A stretch of 20,000 bases of DNA, taken from positions 46,808 through 66,807 of the forward strand of contig VFJJ01000001.1 of the NCBI GenBank assembly GCA_009886115.1. The letters run 5' to 3'. This document shows positions 8,274 to 16,995 of the stretch, in pieces; within the stretch, counting starts at the first letter, position 1, and each line of letters starts with the position of its first letter. Source of the stretch: Actinomycetota bacterium. GTDB taxonomy: Bacteria; Actinomycetota; Acidimicrobiia; IMCC26256; VFJJ01. The notes under the pieces are model-generated. The model worked only from the letters and a program-made list of their open reading frames with translations. It did no database searches and was not told where the DNA came from. Both the position numbers and the translations under genes were made by a program.

Positions 8274-9077
8274 ATGGGAAAACTCGACGGTAGGGTCGCG
8301 ATCGTCACCGGCGCCGGGCGGGGGATCGGACGGGCGATCGCCATCGCCTACGCCCGGGAGGGCGCCTCGGTGGTTGTCGCGTCACGTTCGCAGGGAACAG
8401 TCGACGCCGTGGTGGCCGAGATCACCGAGATCGCCGGGATCGCCGGGGAGCCAGCTGCCGTGCTCGGTGTCACATTCGACGTCGGCGCGCGCGAGCAGGT
8501 GCAGCGGATGGTCGACGAGACCGTCGCACGTTTCGGCACCGTCGACATCCTGGTGAACAACGCCCAGGGCTTCGGCACGCCCGCCGAGCCCCAGGCCTCG
8601 CCGGGGTACATCGCGCTCGAGGACTTTCCCGACGACGCATGGGACCACACGTTCCGGAGTGGGCTCAAGGGCACGCTGTACGCGATGCAGGCGGTCTTCC
8701 CGCACATGCGTGAGCGCGGCGGCAAGATCATCAACTTCGGCTCGGGCAACGGGATCGGCGCCATGAAGGGCACGGCTGCGTACAACGCCACCAAGGAAGC
8801 GATCCGATCGCTCACCCGCACCGCGGCGGCGGAGTGGGGCAAGCACGGGATCTGCGTCAACGTGATCCTGCCCACGATGGTGACCGACTCGGCCCGTTCG
8901 TTCCTCGACAGCCGGCCCGGCATCGAGGACAAGTTGATCGCCCAGATACCCTTGCGGCGTATGGGTGACGTCGATCGCGACATCGGCCCCGTGGCGGTGT
9001 TCCTGGGTTCGAGCGACTCCGACTTCGTCACCGGGCAGACGGTGCACGTCGACGGTGGCCAGATCCTGCGACCGTGA
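8274..9077 (+). CDS. Classical short-chain dehydrogenase/reductase
   Basis: TGAGRGIG, LVNNA, YNATK (YxxxK), FVTGQTVHVDGG. Confidence 0.95.
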   Translation: MGKLDGRVAIVTGAGRGIGRAIAIAYAREGASVVVASRSQGTVDAVVAEITEIAGIAGEPAAVLGVTFDVGAREQVQRMVDETVARFGTVDILVNNAQGFGTPAEPQASPGYIALEDFPDDAWDHTFRSGLKGTLYAMQAVFPHMRERGGKIINFGSGNGIGAMKGTAAYNATKEAIRSLTRTAAAEWGKHGICVNVILPTMVTDSARSFLDSRPGIEDKLIAQIPLRRMGDVDRDIGPVAVFLGSSDSDFVTGQTVHVDGGQILRP

Positions 9078-9091
9078 CCGTCCCCCCCCGG

Positions 9092-9146
9092 CCCCAAATG
9101 TGCGCGAAAAAGCTCACCCCATGAACAATTCCGCGCATATTTGGGG
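9092..9146 (-). repeat. REP-like palindrome, copy B, between convergent genes (possible terminator)
   Basis: Arms CCCCAAATGTGCGCG / CGCGCATATTTGGGG (one G-T wobble). C8 run at 9082-9089 and G9 run at 9143-9151. Confidence 0.75.
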
Positions 9147-9162
9147 GGGGGTGGCGTCAGCC

Positions 9163-10158
9163 TCAGCGCTCCGGAGCCGGGCTGGGGCGTCGGCTCTCGG
9201 CGAGAAGGAGGTCGCCGATGCCCGCACGGGCCTGCCCGGGCGTGACGCCATCGGGATAGCGGGCTTCGAGCATCCGCCGCATGCCGTCGCGCCAACCCAC
9301 CGTGCAGGGTCCGGTCGCGGCTCGCCGGCGGGTCACGTCGAGGGCCACGCCGATCTGGCTGCCCGGTACCGGGTGCACCGAGAGGTGGGCCTCGACGCCG
9401 GCGAGCTCGGCGAGATACGGACACCAATCGTGGGGACCGACGGCGTCGTCGCCGCCCCAGTTGACGATCGTCGCGGGAACCGAAGCCAGGCCGAGGATGG
9501 CAGGAAGCTGCCCGAAGATGTCGTCCTCGTGGATGGGGCTGTAGGGGCACGGGTCGGAACGGACGGCGACGTCCTGCCCGGCGATCATCCAGTCGAGATG
9601 GTACGCGGGAAGCCCGCCCGCCGAGCCGTAGGCCGCGTTCATGCGTGCGATCACCACCGGCATGTTCCAGGCCCGGGCACAGAATCGGGCGACGGCCTCC
9701 TCGGAGATCTTGCTGATCGCATACGTGGGCGCATGGGGCGAGACCGCGTCGCCGAGGGGGTCGGTCTCCACGTAGAGGTGACGCGGATCGGCGTGGGGCT
9801 TGTAGACGCCCGTGGTCGACATCACCAGCGAGGCCCGGGCTCGGCGGCAGTGCCGGAGCAGGAAGCCGGTGCCTTCCGCGTTCACCCGCAGGGCGTGGTC
9901 GTAGTCGAGACCGGGGCCTTGGAAGGTGGCCAGGTGGAGCACGACCGTGAAGTCGTCGGGCACGTCACTCAGGTCGCCAGCGGCCAGATCGCAGATCCGG
10001 GTCGTGATGCCCGCGACCTCGACACGATCGCGATCGTCGGGCCCGGAGAACCGGGCGATGCCCCAGACCTCGTTGTCGAGCGCGAGACGCGAGGCCAACG
10101 GGAAGGCGATCTGGCCGGCCGGGCCGGTCACGAGGATCTTCTCGCCCTGCAACGACAT
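9163..10158 (-). CDS. NAD-dependent epimerase/dehydratase (extended SDR)
   Basis: KILVTGPAGQIA, VVLHLA, STTGVY, YAISK (YxxxK). GGAGGA RBS before ATG 10158. Confidence 0.9.
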   Translation of the reverse strand: MSLQGEKILVTGPAGQIAFPLASRLALDNEVWGIARFSGPDDRDRVEVAGITTRICDLAAGDLSDVPDDFTVVLHLATFQGPGLDYDHALRVNAEGTGFLLRHCRRARASLVMSTTGVYKPHADPRHLYVETDPLGDAVSPHAPTYAISKISEEAVARFCARAWNMPVVIARMNAAYGSAGGLPAYHLDWMIAGQDVAVRSDPCPYSPIHEDDIFGQLPAILGLASVPATIVNWGGDDAVGPHDWCPYLAELAGVEAHLSVHPVPGSQIGVALDVTRRRAATGPCTVGWRDGMRRMLEARYPDGVTPGQARAGIGDLLLAESRRPSPAPER

Positions 10159-10250
10159 GGGTTCCTCCAGAGCGCCGGGCTCCGATCGAGCGCGTTGACG
10201 GTGCACTGTGGCAGTCGGCGCCGTGTGCGTCAACGCCGCTGGGAGCCCGG

Positions 10251-10266
10251 TTGACGGCCCCGTCAA
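10251..10266. promoter_or_regulatory. Palindromic operator candidate YTGAC-N6-GTCAR, copy 2
   Basis: TTGACGGCCCCGTCAA (7-2-7 perfect) midway between the divergent epimerase and cyclase genes. Confidence 0.7.
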
Positions 10267-10352
10267 GTGGGGCCCGGATTGGGCTAGGAGGACGTCGTCG
10301 GAGATCGAGTGAGAAGGCGTCGCGGCCGCGGCGCACGTCGACGAGGACGAGC

Positions 10353-11266
10353 ATGACTGAGCAGACTGTGCAGGCCGGGCAGATCGGGAACTGGGGCCGT
10401 TGGGGCGCCGACGACGAGCGGGGGGCGCTCAACTTGCTGACGCCCGAAGTCGTGCTCTGGGCAACGCAGTTGTGCCGAACCGGCGCCGTGTACTCCCTGG
10501 GGCTGCCCGTCCAATCAATCGGCGTGCCGCTGGTTCCGTACCGCGGGACGCCGATGCGCCTGATGTCGTCAACCACACCGACGATGTGATGTTCAGGGAG
10601 GCCTTCGGTGCGGCCGACGTGGGAGCCAACGAGGACGTGCTCGTGTTGGCGTCGCACAACGAGACGCACATGGACGCGCTCTGTCACGTGCACCACTCCA
10701 ACACGCTCTACAACGGTTTTCCGTCCGACTCGGTGCAGACCCGGGCCGGGGCCACGCACTGCGGGATCGACAAGACACCGTGGATCGTCGCCCGGGCGGT
10801 CATGCTCGACCTCTGCCGCGCCCGGGGCGTCGACACGATCCCGGCCGGGCAGGTGATCACGGCCGACGAGCTACGCGCCTGCGCCGAGGCTCAGGACACG
10901 GTTCCCCGTCCGGCCGATGTCGTGCTGTTCCGTACCGGGTGGCTCGAGGCGTTCATGGCCGATCCCACGGGCCTCGAGATGGCATCGCAACCCGGCATCG
11001 GCATGGACGCGGCCCGGCTCATGAGCGAGTGGGACGTGGCCGCGGTGGGCGCCGACAACAGCGCGATCGAAGCCATCCCCTTTGACGGCAACGAGTTCCT
11101 GTGCGTGCACGTCGAGCTGTTGGTTCACCGCGGGATTCCCTTGCTCGAGTATCTGGTCCTCGCCGACATGGCCCGTGACGGTGTCCACGAGGCGCTCCTC
11201 GTGGTCGCGCCACTTCCCACCACTGGAGGCACGGGGAGCCCGATCAACCCGATCGCCATCGCATGA
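10353..11266 (+). CDS. Cyclase/kynurenine formamidase-like metal hydrolase, split by a 1-bp frameshift at ~10568
   Basis: N-part NWGRWGADDERGALNLLT (ORF 10251 frame). C-part SHNETHMDALCH, DVVLFRTGW, AVGADN, GGTGSPINPIAI (ORF 10400 frame). Adding one G gives LMSVNHTD. Confidence 0.85.
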
Positions 11267-11293
11267 GTCTCATTGCCTGAAAGCTCGCTGCGG

Positions 11294-12079
11294 TCAGCCC
11301 ATGTGGCTCTGGAGGAACGCGAGTGCGTCGGCCCATGAGGCCACGTCGGCATCATGGTGGCGCAAGGGAGGCACGGGCGCGCTGAATGCGTGGCCCGCGC
11401 CGGGGTAGACGTTGATCTGGTGCTCGACGTGCCACTGCTCGAACCTGTGGCGGATGTCGTCGAGGAGCTCCGGCGGCCCGATGGGGTCCTCGTCGCCGTA
11501 GATGACCAGCGTCGGACAGGCGATGTTCCACAGGAGATCGATGGGCTGCACGGGCCGCTTCGCGGTGAGCTCGGTGAACGTGGGTTGGCTCGGGAAGAAG
11601 AGAACGGCAGCCGCCAGCCGCCGGTCGAGGCAGGCGGCGAGGAGGGCGAGCGTGCCGCCCGTGCAGTAGCCCCATACAGCGATGCGATCGGTGTCGACCT
11701 CCGGCATCGATCGGGCGTGCTCGATGCCGGCGAGGATGTCGTGGGTCGCGCCGACGAAGTCGAGATCGTCGATGACCTGCATGACCTCGGTGAAGTCCGT
11801 GTAGCTCTCGGGGTCGTTCAGCCCGTGCCCCCGGTAGTAGTCGGGGAGGACGACGATGTAGCCGGCTGTGGCGAGATCGGACGCAATCTGCCGCATGAAC
11901 TCGTTGACGCCAAAGGCCTCGGGCGACAGCACGACCGCCGGTCGCGTGCTGCTCCCCTCGGGGACGTAGACGAGCGTCGGCACCGTGGCCCCGTCGTGCT
12001 CGAGAATGATCTCTCTCGTCGGCTCCACAGGGGGCTCCCATCGTTGGTGATGTGGTATCGGCGTTGGCTCGGTCGCCAC
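11294..12079 (-). CDS. Dienelactone hydrolase family protein
   Basis: EAFGVN, GYCTGG (Cys nucleophile), YGDED, YPGAGHAF. Start uncertain (GTG 12079 or a downstream GTG). Confidence 0.92.
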   Translation of the reverse strand: MATEPTPIPHHQRWEPPVEPTREIILEHDGATVPTLVYVPEGSSTRPAVVLSPEAFGVNEFMRQIASDLATAGYIVVLPDYYRGHGLNDPESYTDFTEVMQVIDDLDFVGATHDILAGIEHARSMPEVDTDRIAVWGYCTGGTLALLAACLDRRLAAAVLFFPSQPTFTELTAKRPVQPIDLLWNIACPTLVIYGDEDPIGPPELLDDIRHRFEQWHVEHQINVYPGAGHAFSAPVPPLRHHDADVASWADALAFLQSHMG

Positions 12080-12182
12080 CTTGGCACGGGACCCTCCGGC
12101 CCGGCCAGTGCTGCGCCCGCGCTGTGCTCCAGCCGGGTCGTGGAGCCCCGAAGACGCTGGGGCCGTCGTGCGCTCATGCCTG

Positions 12183-13044
12183 TCACGCGCCGGCGCGGGC
12201 GGCTCCGACGCGCACCAGCACGGCCGTCAGGTGTGGCGTTCCGCTGATGGGCTGGAGATCGGCCGTGGGGCTCAGGAGACGGTTCGTGCTCGAGCCGGTA
12301 TCGGGAGGATCGCCGTCAGCGCCCGGACCGCCGAAACCGTGCTACATCGACACCACGCCGATGCGAAGTGTCGCGTCGGCATGCACGACGGCGTCGATCG
12401 AACCGTGGTCACTCGTGAGCGATACAGCAGCACCGTGGGCCAAACCGAGCCGGCCCATATCATCGGGGTGCATGCGGCACGGGTTCGGCGGTCGCGCACC
12501 AACGAGGCGAGTTGCGTTCCCGTGCTGTTCAAGACCTCCTTGGCTCGGCGAACGATGAGTCGGAAGCTCCGGTCGTCGGAGTCGTCGATGACGCCGGGCG
12601 GAGCGGGCAGGATGGCCGGGGTGTACTGGGCGAAGGGTCGGTCCATCAGGCCTTCGTACGAGCGCGTCGAGTCGGGGCGCTCGAGGTGCACGACCGGCGC
12701 GATCACGTAGTCGGCCAACCGAGCGGGCGTTTTTCCTCGAGGAGCCGTCGCATGCCGTCGTGGATCGGGAACCCGGTGAAATAGCCGCCTTGCATGCTGA
12801 CGAGCGTCGATCCCCACATCCCCACATCCTCATGTGCCCCGAGGGAAACGCGACGTTGGGACGAAAGCAGCCGTGCTGGGTCGGTGACGAAATCGGCCAG
12901 ATACCGGCCCTTGACGCACGTGAACCCCCGGGTGAGCCGATGGTCCTGGTCGCCACTGATCTTGACGACCCGACCATCGTCAAGATCGAGCACCAGACCG
13001 CAAGCTGCCGGGAAGATACGGCAGTAGGTCGTGGCCTTCGTCAT
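12183..13044 (-). pseudogene. Eroded molybdopterin oxidoreductase
   Basis: N-term YCRIFPAACG...RGFTCVKG (Fe4S4 motif, second Cys is Phe). Middle ADYVIAPVVHLER. C-term RLIVRR...NS, MHPDDMGRLGL...GVVSM*HGFG...QPISGTPHLTAV ending at TGA 12183. Several frames, an in-frame TAG, and about 860 bp in total. Confidence 0.85.
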
Positions 13045-13121
13045 CGATGCTCTCCCTCGGTCGGGAACAGGTGCGTAGGGTATGTGGCGTCGCCGGCCCG
13101 GCGAGCGGACGAGGGGGAGCG

Positions 13122-14192
13122 ATGCGCGAGCCGATCGAGATCGAGGTCGATGTCACCGAGGCCGCGGGACTGGGCATCCCCGCCCACACCGCCGTCACGG
13201 TGTTCGTCCCCGAGGCGGGTGCACTCGCCGATCCTCCCGTCGTGTGCTTCGCCTTTCCCGGCGGGGGCTACTGCCGGCGCTACTTCTCTTTTGACATGCC
13301 CGGCAGCTCTGGAGGTGGTCAGGCCGGCTGGCACGTCGACCGGGGCTGGATCATCGTGGCCTGCGACCACCTGGGCTTCGGCGACTCGACCGTTCCCGAC
13401 GGCAATGCGCTGAACTACGACAACGTGGCGTTGGGAAATCGGGCCACCGTCGAAGCCGTGATGGCCAAGCTCGAGAGCGGGACCCTGATCGACGGGTACC
13501 CGGCGGTGCTTGGCGCCACGAAGCTCGGCATCGGCCAGTCGATGGGGGGCTGTTTCACGATCGTGCTCCAGGGCCACCACGGGACCTTCGATGGCATCGC
13601 GTCGCTGGGTTACAGCGGGATCCACACCGTCGTGCCCACGCGGCCTGGCGCACCGCCAGCGGCGTGGCCCTGGGTCTTCCGTGGCAGCGACCTCGACAAC
13701 CCCAAGATCATGAACCAGCAGGCGATCGGCGCCGCCGCGGGCCCGGCGCTCGCCGGTCCCGAGTCGCTCAGCGACGCAGCTTCTGCAGGCGAGCACCCCT
13801 TCGCCTGGTCGTTCCACTACGACGATGTACCCGCCGACATCGTCGCAGCCGACATGGCGGCCAGCTCCGGTGCCGCCGACGGGCCGCTCCCACGATGGCG
13901 ATCGGCGGCGATTCCGCCATGCGGCATCTACATGGTGGCCCCGGGGACCGTCGCCACCGAGGCGGCGTCGATCACCGTCCCCGTGCTCATCGCCACCGGC
14001 GAGCGCGATGTCGTGCCCAACCCGTGGATGGAGCCGACGGCCTTCAAGAGCGCCACCGACATCACGGTGTTCGTGTGCGCCCGCATGGGGCACATGCACA
14101 ACTTCGCCGGCACCAGGCACCAGTTCTGGGAGCGCATCCACACCTGGGGCACGGCGGTGGCGAGCATGCGTGCACTCCGGCGAGGAGCATGA
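13122..14192 (+). CDS. Alpha/beta hydrolase
   Basis: FPGGGY, DHLGFGDS, GQSMGG, GERDVV, GHMHNFA. GAGGGGGAG RBS before ATG 13122. Confidence 0.88.
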   Translation: MREPIEIEVDVTEAAGLGIPAHTAVTVFVPEAGALADPPVVCFAFPGGGYCRRYFSFDMPGSSGGGQAGWHVDRGWIIVACDHLGFGDSTVPDGNALNYDNVALGNRATVEAVMAKLESGTLIDGYPAVLGATKLGIGQSMGGCFTIVLQGHHGTFDGIASLGYSGIHTVVPTRPGAPPAAWPWVFRGSDLDNPKIMNQQAIGAAAGPALAGPESLSDAASAGEHPFAWSFHYDDVPADIVAADMAASSGAADGPLPRWRSAAIPPCGIYMVAPGTVATEAASITVPVLIATGERDVVPNPWMEPTAFKSATDITVFVCARMGHMHNFAGTRHQFWERIHTWGTAVASMRALRRGA

Positions 14193-14193
14193 C

Positions 14194-15390
14194 ATGAGCG
14201 TCGTGGAACGCAGTCAGCCCCTCGACGTGAGCAACGTCGACTTCGGGATCGACGATCTCGTCGATCTGCCCGACCTGGTCGCCAGGATGCGGGCCGCCGA
14301 GCCGGCGTCGTGGGTGAAGTTCATCGGCGAACGGGCGTTGCACCTCAACACCTACGAGTTGGTGAGCGCCGGCTTTCGCGAGGAAGGGTCGATCCCCGGG
14401 CACATCTTCTACCAGGAGACCCAGCAGCCGGTGATGGGCCCGACGGTGCAGAGCCTCTTCGGTGAGCCGCACCGTCTGGCCCGGGCGCTCCAGGCCCCGT
14501 TCTTCAGGCAGCGTCTGATGCCCGGCTACGTCGAACCGATCTTCGCCCCGGTGGCCAACGAGCTGATCGACGAGTTCGTCGCCCGCGGCCAGGCCGATCT
14601 GGTGCAGGAGTTCACCAAGCAGTACCCGATGCGGGTGATCATGCGGCTCCTTGAGCTGCCGCGATCGTCCGATGTCGATTGGGCCCAACTGGCGTGGGAC
14701 ATGATCCAGGCCGCCTACGACCTCGATCAGGCGGTCAGGGCCATCGCCGAGTTTGACCTGCACGTCGGCCCGATCATCGAGGAGCGCCGCCGACACCCCG
14801 GAACTGATCTCATCTCGGCGCTGGTCACGGCCGAGGTCGAGGGGCAACGAATGAGCGACGACGACGTGTTCTCCTTCGTGCGCTTGATGTTCCCGGCGGG
14901 CTCCGATACCACGCTCCTCGGGCTGGGGAACATCCTGGGGGCGCTGTTGACCCATCCCGATGCCATGGCGCGCACCCTGTCCGACCCCGCGACCGAGTCG
15001 CGCTGGGCGATCGAGGAGGGGCTGCGTTGGCAGCCGTCGGTGGCGCACCTCCCACGGCGGACCGGTCCCGACGACATCGAGTGGCGCGGGCTGTCGATCC
15101 CGGGCGGCACAGCGGTCCTCTTGAGCGTGATGGGGGCCAATCGCGATCCGGCGATGTTCGCAGACCCCGACCGCTTCGACATCTCTCGTCGTCCGCAAGC
15201 GACGATGACCTTCGGCCTGGCCGCTCACCACTGCCTCGGGATCCACTTCGCCCGGGCCGAGATGGACCTGGCCCTGCGTACCCTCCTCGACCGGTTGCCC
15301 AACCTCCGCCTCGCCGACGGCCCCGAGTCGGCCCAGGTGCACGGTGCGCTTCTGCGGGGCCCCGAACGTCTCTCAGTCACATTCGGTTGA
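14194..15390 (+). CDS. Cytochrome P450
   Basis: AGSDTT (I-helix), EEGLR (ExxR), ANRDP, DPDRFD, FGLAAHHCLG heme-Cys. GAGGAG RBS; ATG lies 1 nt after the upstream stop. Confidence 0.95.
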   Translation: MSVVERSQPLDVSNVDFGIDDLVDLPDLVARMRAAEPASWVKFIGERALHLNTYELVSAGFREEGSIPGHIFYQETQQPVMGPTVQSLFGEPHRLARALQAPFFRQRLMPGYVEPIFAPVANELIDEFVARGQADLVQEFTKQYPMRVIMRLLELPRSSDVDWAQLAWDMIQAAYDLDQAVRAIAEFDLHVGPIIEERRRHPGTDLISALVTAEVEGQRMSDDDVFSFVRLMFPAGSDTTLLGLGNILGALLTHPDAMARTLSDPATESRWAIEEGLRWQPSVAHLPRRTGPDDIEWRGLSIPGGTAVLLSVMGANRDPAMFADPDRFDISRRPQATMTFGLAAHHCLGIHFARAEMDLALRTLLDRLPNLRLADGPESAQVHGALLRGPERLSVTFG

Positions 15391-15427
15391 GCGATCAGCA
15401 ACCCGCCACGAGCTCTGGAGCCCTGTG

Positions 15428-16255
15428 ATGACAAGCGATCCCTATCTCGAGATGGCCGGGCACCAGCCAAACGCGATCGGCATCGGGGGCGCGCTGATCA
15501 CCATGGTCGAGCCCGACGTCGGGTTCGAGCACGCCTACAACCGGTGGTACGAGGACGACCACTTCTACTCGGGCGCCACGGTAGGCCCGTGGATGTTCGC
15601 GGCCCGGCGATGGGTGGCGACGCGCGATCTCCAGCAGCTCCGGTTTCCCGCCGACTCACCGATCGCTCAGCCGGTCACCACCGGGTGCTACATCTCGACC
15701 TACTGGATGCTCGAAGGTCATTTCGACGACGCCGTCCGCTGGGGCACGGTTGCCATGCGCGATCACCTGTACCCCCAAGGCCGAGGCTTCGACCACCGCC
15801 AGCACGTGTACACGGCGTTCTCCACCTACGACTTCGGCGTGGTCCGTTCAGACCTGCCCTACTTCCTCCCGCACCACACGCTCGACCATCCCTTCCAGGG
15901 CATGGTTGTCGAGGTCGTCGAGCCGGCCGAAGGTGTGACGCGCGAAGAGCTGCTCAGGCGCCTGCGTGACGACATGATCCCGGGCGAGCTCGCCGACTCA
16001 CCCGCGGCGGCCGCATTGGCGTTCCTGCCCCACGCCCAGCCCGACAGCGGCCCCGTGCCCCGGGTCGGCAGCGCTGCCGGCGCCGGTCGGAACGTGACGC
16101 TGCTGTGGTTTCTCCAGGCCGACCCGCGCTCGTGCTGGTCGATGTTCCTCCGGCACGGCGACCGGGTGGAGGCCGCGGGCGGACGTCTGGTCTTCGCTGC
16201 TCCGTTCGTGCCGACCATCCCGGGCACCGACACCTACGTCGACGAGCTCCGGTAG
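15428..16255 (+). CDS. Hypothetical protein (possibly dimeric alpha/beta barrel, EthD/DUF4286-like)
   Basis: Coding-like GC3 bias. LITMVEP...AYNRWYEDDHF...RRWVAT resembles the YNxWYxxxH motif of that fold. 37 bp downstream of the P450, same strand. Confidence 0.7.
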   Translation: MTSDPYLEMAGHQPNAIGIGGALITMVEPDVGFEHAYNRWYEDDHFYSGATVGPWMFAARRWVATRDLQQLRFPADSPIAQPVTTGCYISTYWMLEGHFDDAVRWGTVAMRDHLYPQGRGFDHRQHVYTAFSTYDFGVVRSDLPYFLPHHTLDHPFQGMVVEVVEPAEGVTREELLRRLRDDMIPGELADSPAAAALAFLPHAQPDSGPVPRVGSAAGAGRNVTLLWFLQADPRSCWSMFLRHGDRVEAAGGRLVFAAPFVPTIPGTDTYVDELR

Positions 16256-16359
16256 GGCGCTCGTTCGTCACGCCGGGCAACGGATCGGCTCCGGGCGACG
16301 ATGCCGCGGTCATCAACGCCGGCGGCGACCCGGTCGCTGCACCTACCTGTGGAGTGGAC

Positions 16360-16755
16360 ATGACGACATCGGGACGGCGCGTGGCGATCGGCGTGCAGCC
16401 TCATGTCACAACCCGCACCATGGGTATCCTCGATGTTGCGAGGCACGTGGCCGACAGGGGATTGGCGTCGATCTTCCTATGCGAGCACACCCATGTCCCC
16501 GTCGATTCGGCGCGCAGCGAGTCGCCGTTGGGGCGCTTCCCCGAGTGGATCAAGTACATGCTCGACCCCTACGTGGCCTTGTCGTTCGTCGCCGCGACGA
16601 CCGAGCTGGAGGTGGGCACGGCCGTCGGGTTGCCAGCCCAGCACGACCCGATCGCGCTGGCCAAAGCCATTGCCACGCTCGACCATCTGAGTGGCGGACG
16701 GTTCGTGTTCGGGGTCGGCTGGGGGTGGTTGCGCGAGGAGTTCGAAGACCACGGC
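16360..16755 (+). pseudogene. Truncated LLM-class (F420-dependent TIGR03619-like) oxidoreductase
   Basis: CEHTHVP, LDPYVALS, HDPIALAKAIATLDHLSGGRFVFGVGWGWLREEFEDHG. Family-like sequence ends after ~132 aa; the ORF reads on in unrelated sequence to 16980. Confidence 0.8.
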
Positions 16756-16887
16756 GGAAGCGGGCGAACCAGCTCGGACTCCGGCGTGTCCTCGTGCAGG
16801 TCAGGGAGGAGCGAATGGATCATCTGGAGGCCGTTCTCGATGAGGCTGCCGGAGCTCTCCAATGAAAGGGGCAGCGGTGGGAACATC

Positions 16888-16903
16888 TTGACACTTGCGT
16901 CAG
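16888..16903. promoter_or_regulatory. Palindromic operator candidate YTGAC-N6-GTCAR, copy 3
   Basis: TTGACACTTGCGTCAG flanked by CATC/ATG, ~93 bp upstream of the LLM ATG at 16996; contains TTGACA. Confidence 0.65.
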
Positions 16904-16995
16904 ATGCCTGGTACGACATGCCGGCTGCACACCCGTGGGCAATGGGACATCGAAAGCCCGTGACCCGAAACCTGACCTGAGAGGACCGCTCGCCG

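Noticed and set aside
8348..10254. 400-aa and 429-aa ORFs opposite the SDR and epimerase
   Set aside because: Antisense shadow frames with no recognisable domain.
12342..12344. In-frame TAG in the Mo-oxidoreductase as possible pyrrolysine or recoding
   Set aside because: The gene has several other lesions, no pyl genes are visible, and a single nonsense change (e.g. TCG>TAG) is sufficient.
13825..14193. 123-aa N-terminal extension of the P450 ORF
   Set aside because: Overlaps the hydrolase in another frame and is low complexity; the RBS supports ATG 14194.
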